The notes beneath the pieces are model-generated. The model was not told the origin of the DNA and made no database searches. It saw only the letters and a program-made list of their open reading frames with translations. Positions 4,912 to 6,656 of a DNA stretch of 6,656 bases are shown here, one piece after another; within the stretch, counting starts at the first letter, position 1, and each line of letters starts with the position of its first letter. Source of the stretch: Opitutales bacterium (GTDB lineage: Bacteria > Verrucomicrobiota > Verrucomicrobiia > Opitutales > Coraliomargaritaceae); assembly GCA_049606355.1 (NCBI GenBank), contig JBMYVL010000016.1, forward strand, positions 1 to 6,656, written 5' to 3'. The position numbers were made by a program, and so were the translations under genes.

Positions 4912-6427
4912 CAAGCTCTGCCTCCAGCAGGTTTTTCAGTTCCATAGCCTTTGAGGGATAGACGTGTGCCAGGTTATTGAGTTCCTCCGGATCCTCGGGC
5001 AGAAAATAGAGTGCCCCCGCTTCACCGATGGTTTCGAGAATTTTTTCATCGATCCCGCCTTTGCTCAGTACCGTGCCGGGCGGCACATATTTCCAATCGC
5101 CCGAACGGATTGCCTTGATCCCTACGCCCTGCAGCACCACATGGTCGCGGCCCTCATGGGACCGCCCGGTCAGCAGATCAATCAGGTTTTGGCTGTCGCT
5201 CCTGAAATCATTCGGTAATTCGGCACCGGTTAGGGATGCAAAGCTGGCGAGCAGATCCACCTGACTGACGATGGCGGCGGACCGCCCGGGCTCAATAGCT
5301 CCCGGCCAAGAGACGATGAAGGGCACGCGGCAGCCGCCTTCCCATGCGCTGTATTTGTCGCCGCGCCAGGGGCCCGCTGCACGGTGATCCCCGTTCTTTT
5401 CCGGAGCCCCATCATAGTAGCCGTCAAAAATGGCCGGACCGTTGTCACTGGAAAATACGATCAGCGTGTTGTCCAGCTGTCCGTTCTGCTTGAGCGTCTC
5501 TACAAGTTTGCCCACGCACCAGTCGAGCTGGACCACAACATCCCCGCGCACCCCAAGCCCGGATGAGCCTCGAAAACGCGGATGCGGCAAGCGCGGCACA
5601 TGATTTTCGTGTGTGGCATAAAACAGAAAGAAGGGCTGATCCTGACAGTTGCCAATAAACTCAAGCGCCTTGCCCAGAAACGTATCGCCCATCATCTCAT
5701 CATCCCAGCGTGCGCTGTTTCCACCGCTCATCCAGCCGATGCGGCCGACTCCGTTTACGATCGTACCCGAATGCTGCTCGTCGGATTGTATCCGAAGTCG
5801 CTGCGGATGCGACAACCCGGTTGGCTCACTACCAATCGGTGCCTGATAACTCACCTCCACTGGATCATTCGGATCCAGCCCGACAATGCGTCCATTTTCG
5901 ATATAGACCGAAGGCACGCGATCGCCCGTGGCAGCCATGTGGAAGGAATAATCAAAACCGACTTCAGCGGGGCCCGGTTGGATAGGCCCATTCCAATCGA
6001 GCGGCTCGGAGTAACTGCCCAGCCCCAGATGCCACTTGCCGACCAGCGCCGTCGAATAGCCCACGCTTTTCAGCATCGAAGGCAATGTCGGCCGAGCGGT
6101 ATCAATGATCAGCGGCGCATTGCCCGGTAACACTTCCTTCTGACCCGCCCGCTCATTGCGGAAGGGATAATCTCCGGTCAGCAGCGAGTAGCGGGATGGC
6201 GTGCAGGTGGACGAGGTGGCATAGCCCGCCGTGAAGCGGATACCACGCTTCGCCAGCGCGTCGATATTCGGAGTATCGATCGCCGTTGCGCCGTAGCAGC
6301 CAATATCCCCATAGCCCACATCATCCGCATAGATAACAATGATGTTCGGTTTTTGAATCGCGGATGCATGCAGCACGGAAAGAGCAGCAGCCAAAGCAAT
6401 GCATGTTTTTTTAATCTTAGCCTCCAT
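4892..6427 (-). CDS. Formylglycine-dependent (S1 family, Cys-type) arylsulfatase, exported
   Basis: 511-aa ORF. Signal peptide MEAKIKKTCIALAAALSVLHASA. Metal-binding IVIYADDVGYGD. Signature SSTCTPSRYSLLTGDYP, with the catalytic Cys codon TGC at 6205..6203 verified. GKWHLG, FSSDNGP and GDKYSAWEGGCRVPFIVSWPG motifs are present. The ATG at 6427..6425 directly abuts the stop codon of the upstream ORF. Confidence 0.93.
   Translation of the reverse strand: MEAKIKKTCIALAAALSVLHASAIQKPNIIVIYADDVGYGDIGCYGATAIDTPNIDALAKRGIRFTAGYATSSTCTPSRYSLLTGDYPFRNERAGQKEVLPGNAPLIIDTARPTLPSMLKSVGYSTALVGKWHLGLGSYSEPLDWNGPIQPGPAEVGFDYSFHMAATGDRVPSVYIENGRIVGLDPNDPVEVSYQAPIGSEPTGLSHPQRLRIQSDEQHSGTIVNGVGRIGWMSGGNSARWDDEMMGDTFLGKALEFIGNCQDQPFFLFYATHENHVPRLPHPRFRGSSGLGVRGDVVVQLDWCVGKLVETLKQNGQLDNTLIVFSSDNGPAIFDGYYDGAPEKNGDHRAAGPWRGDKYSAWEGGCRVPFIVSWPGAIEPGRSAAIVSQVDLLASFASLTGAELPNDFRSDSQNLIDLLTGRSHEGRDHVVLQGVGIKAIRSGDWKYVPPGTVLSKGGIDEKILETIGEAGALYFLPEDPEELNNLAHVYPSKAMELKNLLEAELDATTVD
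4921..4925 (-). promoter_or_regulatory. Shine-Dalgarno (GGAGG) for the esterase gene, embedded in the 3' end of the upstream sulfatase gene
   Basis: The minus strand reads CTGCTGGAGGCAGAGCTTGATG: GGAGG, a 9-nt spacer, then the ATG at 4911. This is the only clear SD I found before any gene in the window. Confidence 0.55.
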
Positions 6428-6656
6428 CTAATCTTGAATCTGTTGAAGGGCAGCACCCCACAGCGTTGCCGTTTCGCCATTATCGCCCGTTGGGAAGGTT
6501 TCGAAGTCGATTGCGAGCGCGGCACCTTCGAGGTTTTGATCGGTGGTCAGCACCCATTCACGGTAAGGTGCAGCAATACTATGGCCGGTGACCTGAACAG
6601 GGCGTCCATCGGCGGTGATGACAATCTGGTCATTTTGCACAGAGGCCGGGTCCAAG
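6428..6656 (-). CDS. C-terminal fragment (76 codons) of an unidentified protein; the 5' part lies beyond the right window edge
   Basis: The frame is open from the window edge to the TAG at 6430..6428. The M in the track is a TTG at the edge, not a real start. Sequence ...DPASVQNDQIVITADGRPVQVTGHSIAAPYREWVLTTDQNLEGAALAIDFETFPTGDNGETATLWGAALQQIQD has beta-strand-like alternation, and I recognise no motif. It is on the same strand as the sulfatase gene and contiguous with it. Confidence 0.55.
   Translation of the reverse strand, partial: LDPASVQNDQIVITADGRPVQVTGHSIAAPYREWVLTTDQNLEGAALAIDFETFPTGDNGETATLWGAALQQIQD

Noticed and set aside
4964-6130. Plus-strand ORFs 4964..5218, 5028..5264, 5384..5566, 5582..6130, 5649..5846 and 5710..5985, and minus-strand 5230..5448
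   Set aside because: All are nested in or antisense to the arylsulfatase CDS 4892..6427, whose frame carries every sulfatase signature motif. The products are low-complexity and Arg/Pro-rich.
6178-6525. 115-aa minus-strand ORF spanning the sulfatase start
   Set aside because: It is out of frame with both the sulfatase CDS and the upstream C-terminal fragment. Its product is Arg-rich and low-complexity.
1-6656. Looked for CRISPR repeats, IS or transposase ends, integrases, toxin-antitoxin pairs, restriction or defence genes, tRNA/rRNA genes, and recent tandem duplication among the sulfatases
   Set aside because: None were seen. No periodic direct repeats occur. Every long ORF is accounted for by a sulfatase, the esterase or the edge fragments. 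The three sulfatases share only family-level motifs, so they are not recent duplicates.

Overview
The whole window is one same-strand (minus) block of exported catabolic enzymes, with no RNA genes, CRISPR array, transposase or recognisable defence genes. In transcription order (right to left) it holds: the C-terminal 76 codons of an unidentified protein (6428..6656); a Cys-type arylsulfatase (4892..6427); a secreted alpha/beta-hydrolase serine esterase (4153..4911, overlapping the sulfatase by 20 nt); a 449-bp non-coding spacer; an iduronate-2-sulfatase-like sulfatase (2219..3703); a third sulfatase (757..2175); a 372-bp non-coding spacer; and the first 128 codons of a signal-peptide protein (1..384) that is missing from the supplied ORF track. 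All three sulfatases keep the C-x-P-x-R formylglycine motif and the metal and active-site motifs, and all complete proteins have Sec-type signal peptides. The best reading is a sulfated-polysaccharide desulfation and deacetylation locus of the kind common in marine Verrucomicrobiota, Planctomycetota or Kiritimatiellota; that taxonomic guess is inference only. This is an ordinary accessory catabolic locus, not an obviously new system. The most unusual observation is that the two long spacers, each upstream of a transcription unit, share five colinear same-strand sequence blocks, including an exact 12-mer and a 19-mer that is contiguous in one spacer and split by 28 nt in the other. This suggests a shared, undescribed cis-regulatory module or a decayed repeat. 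Both spacers also carry GC-rich hairpins and palindromes without U-tracts. All plus-strand ORFs in the track look like antisense shadow ORFs.
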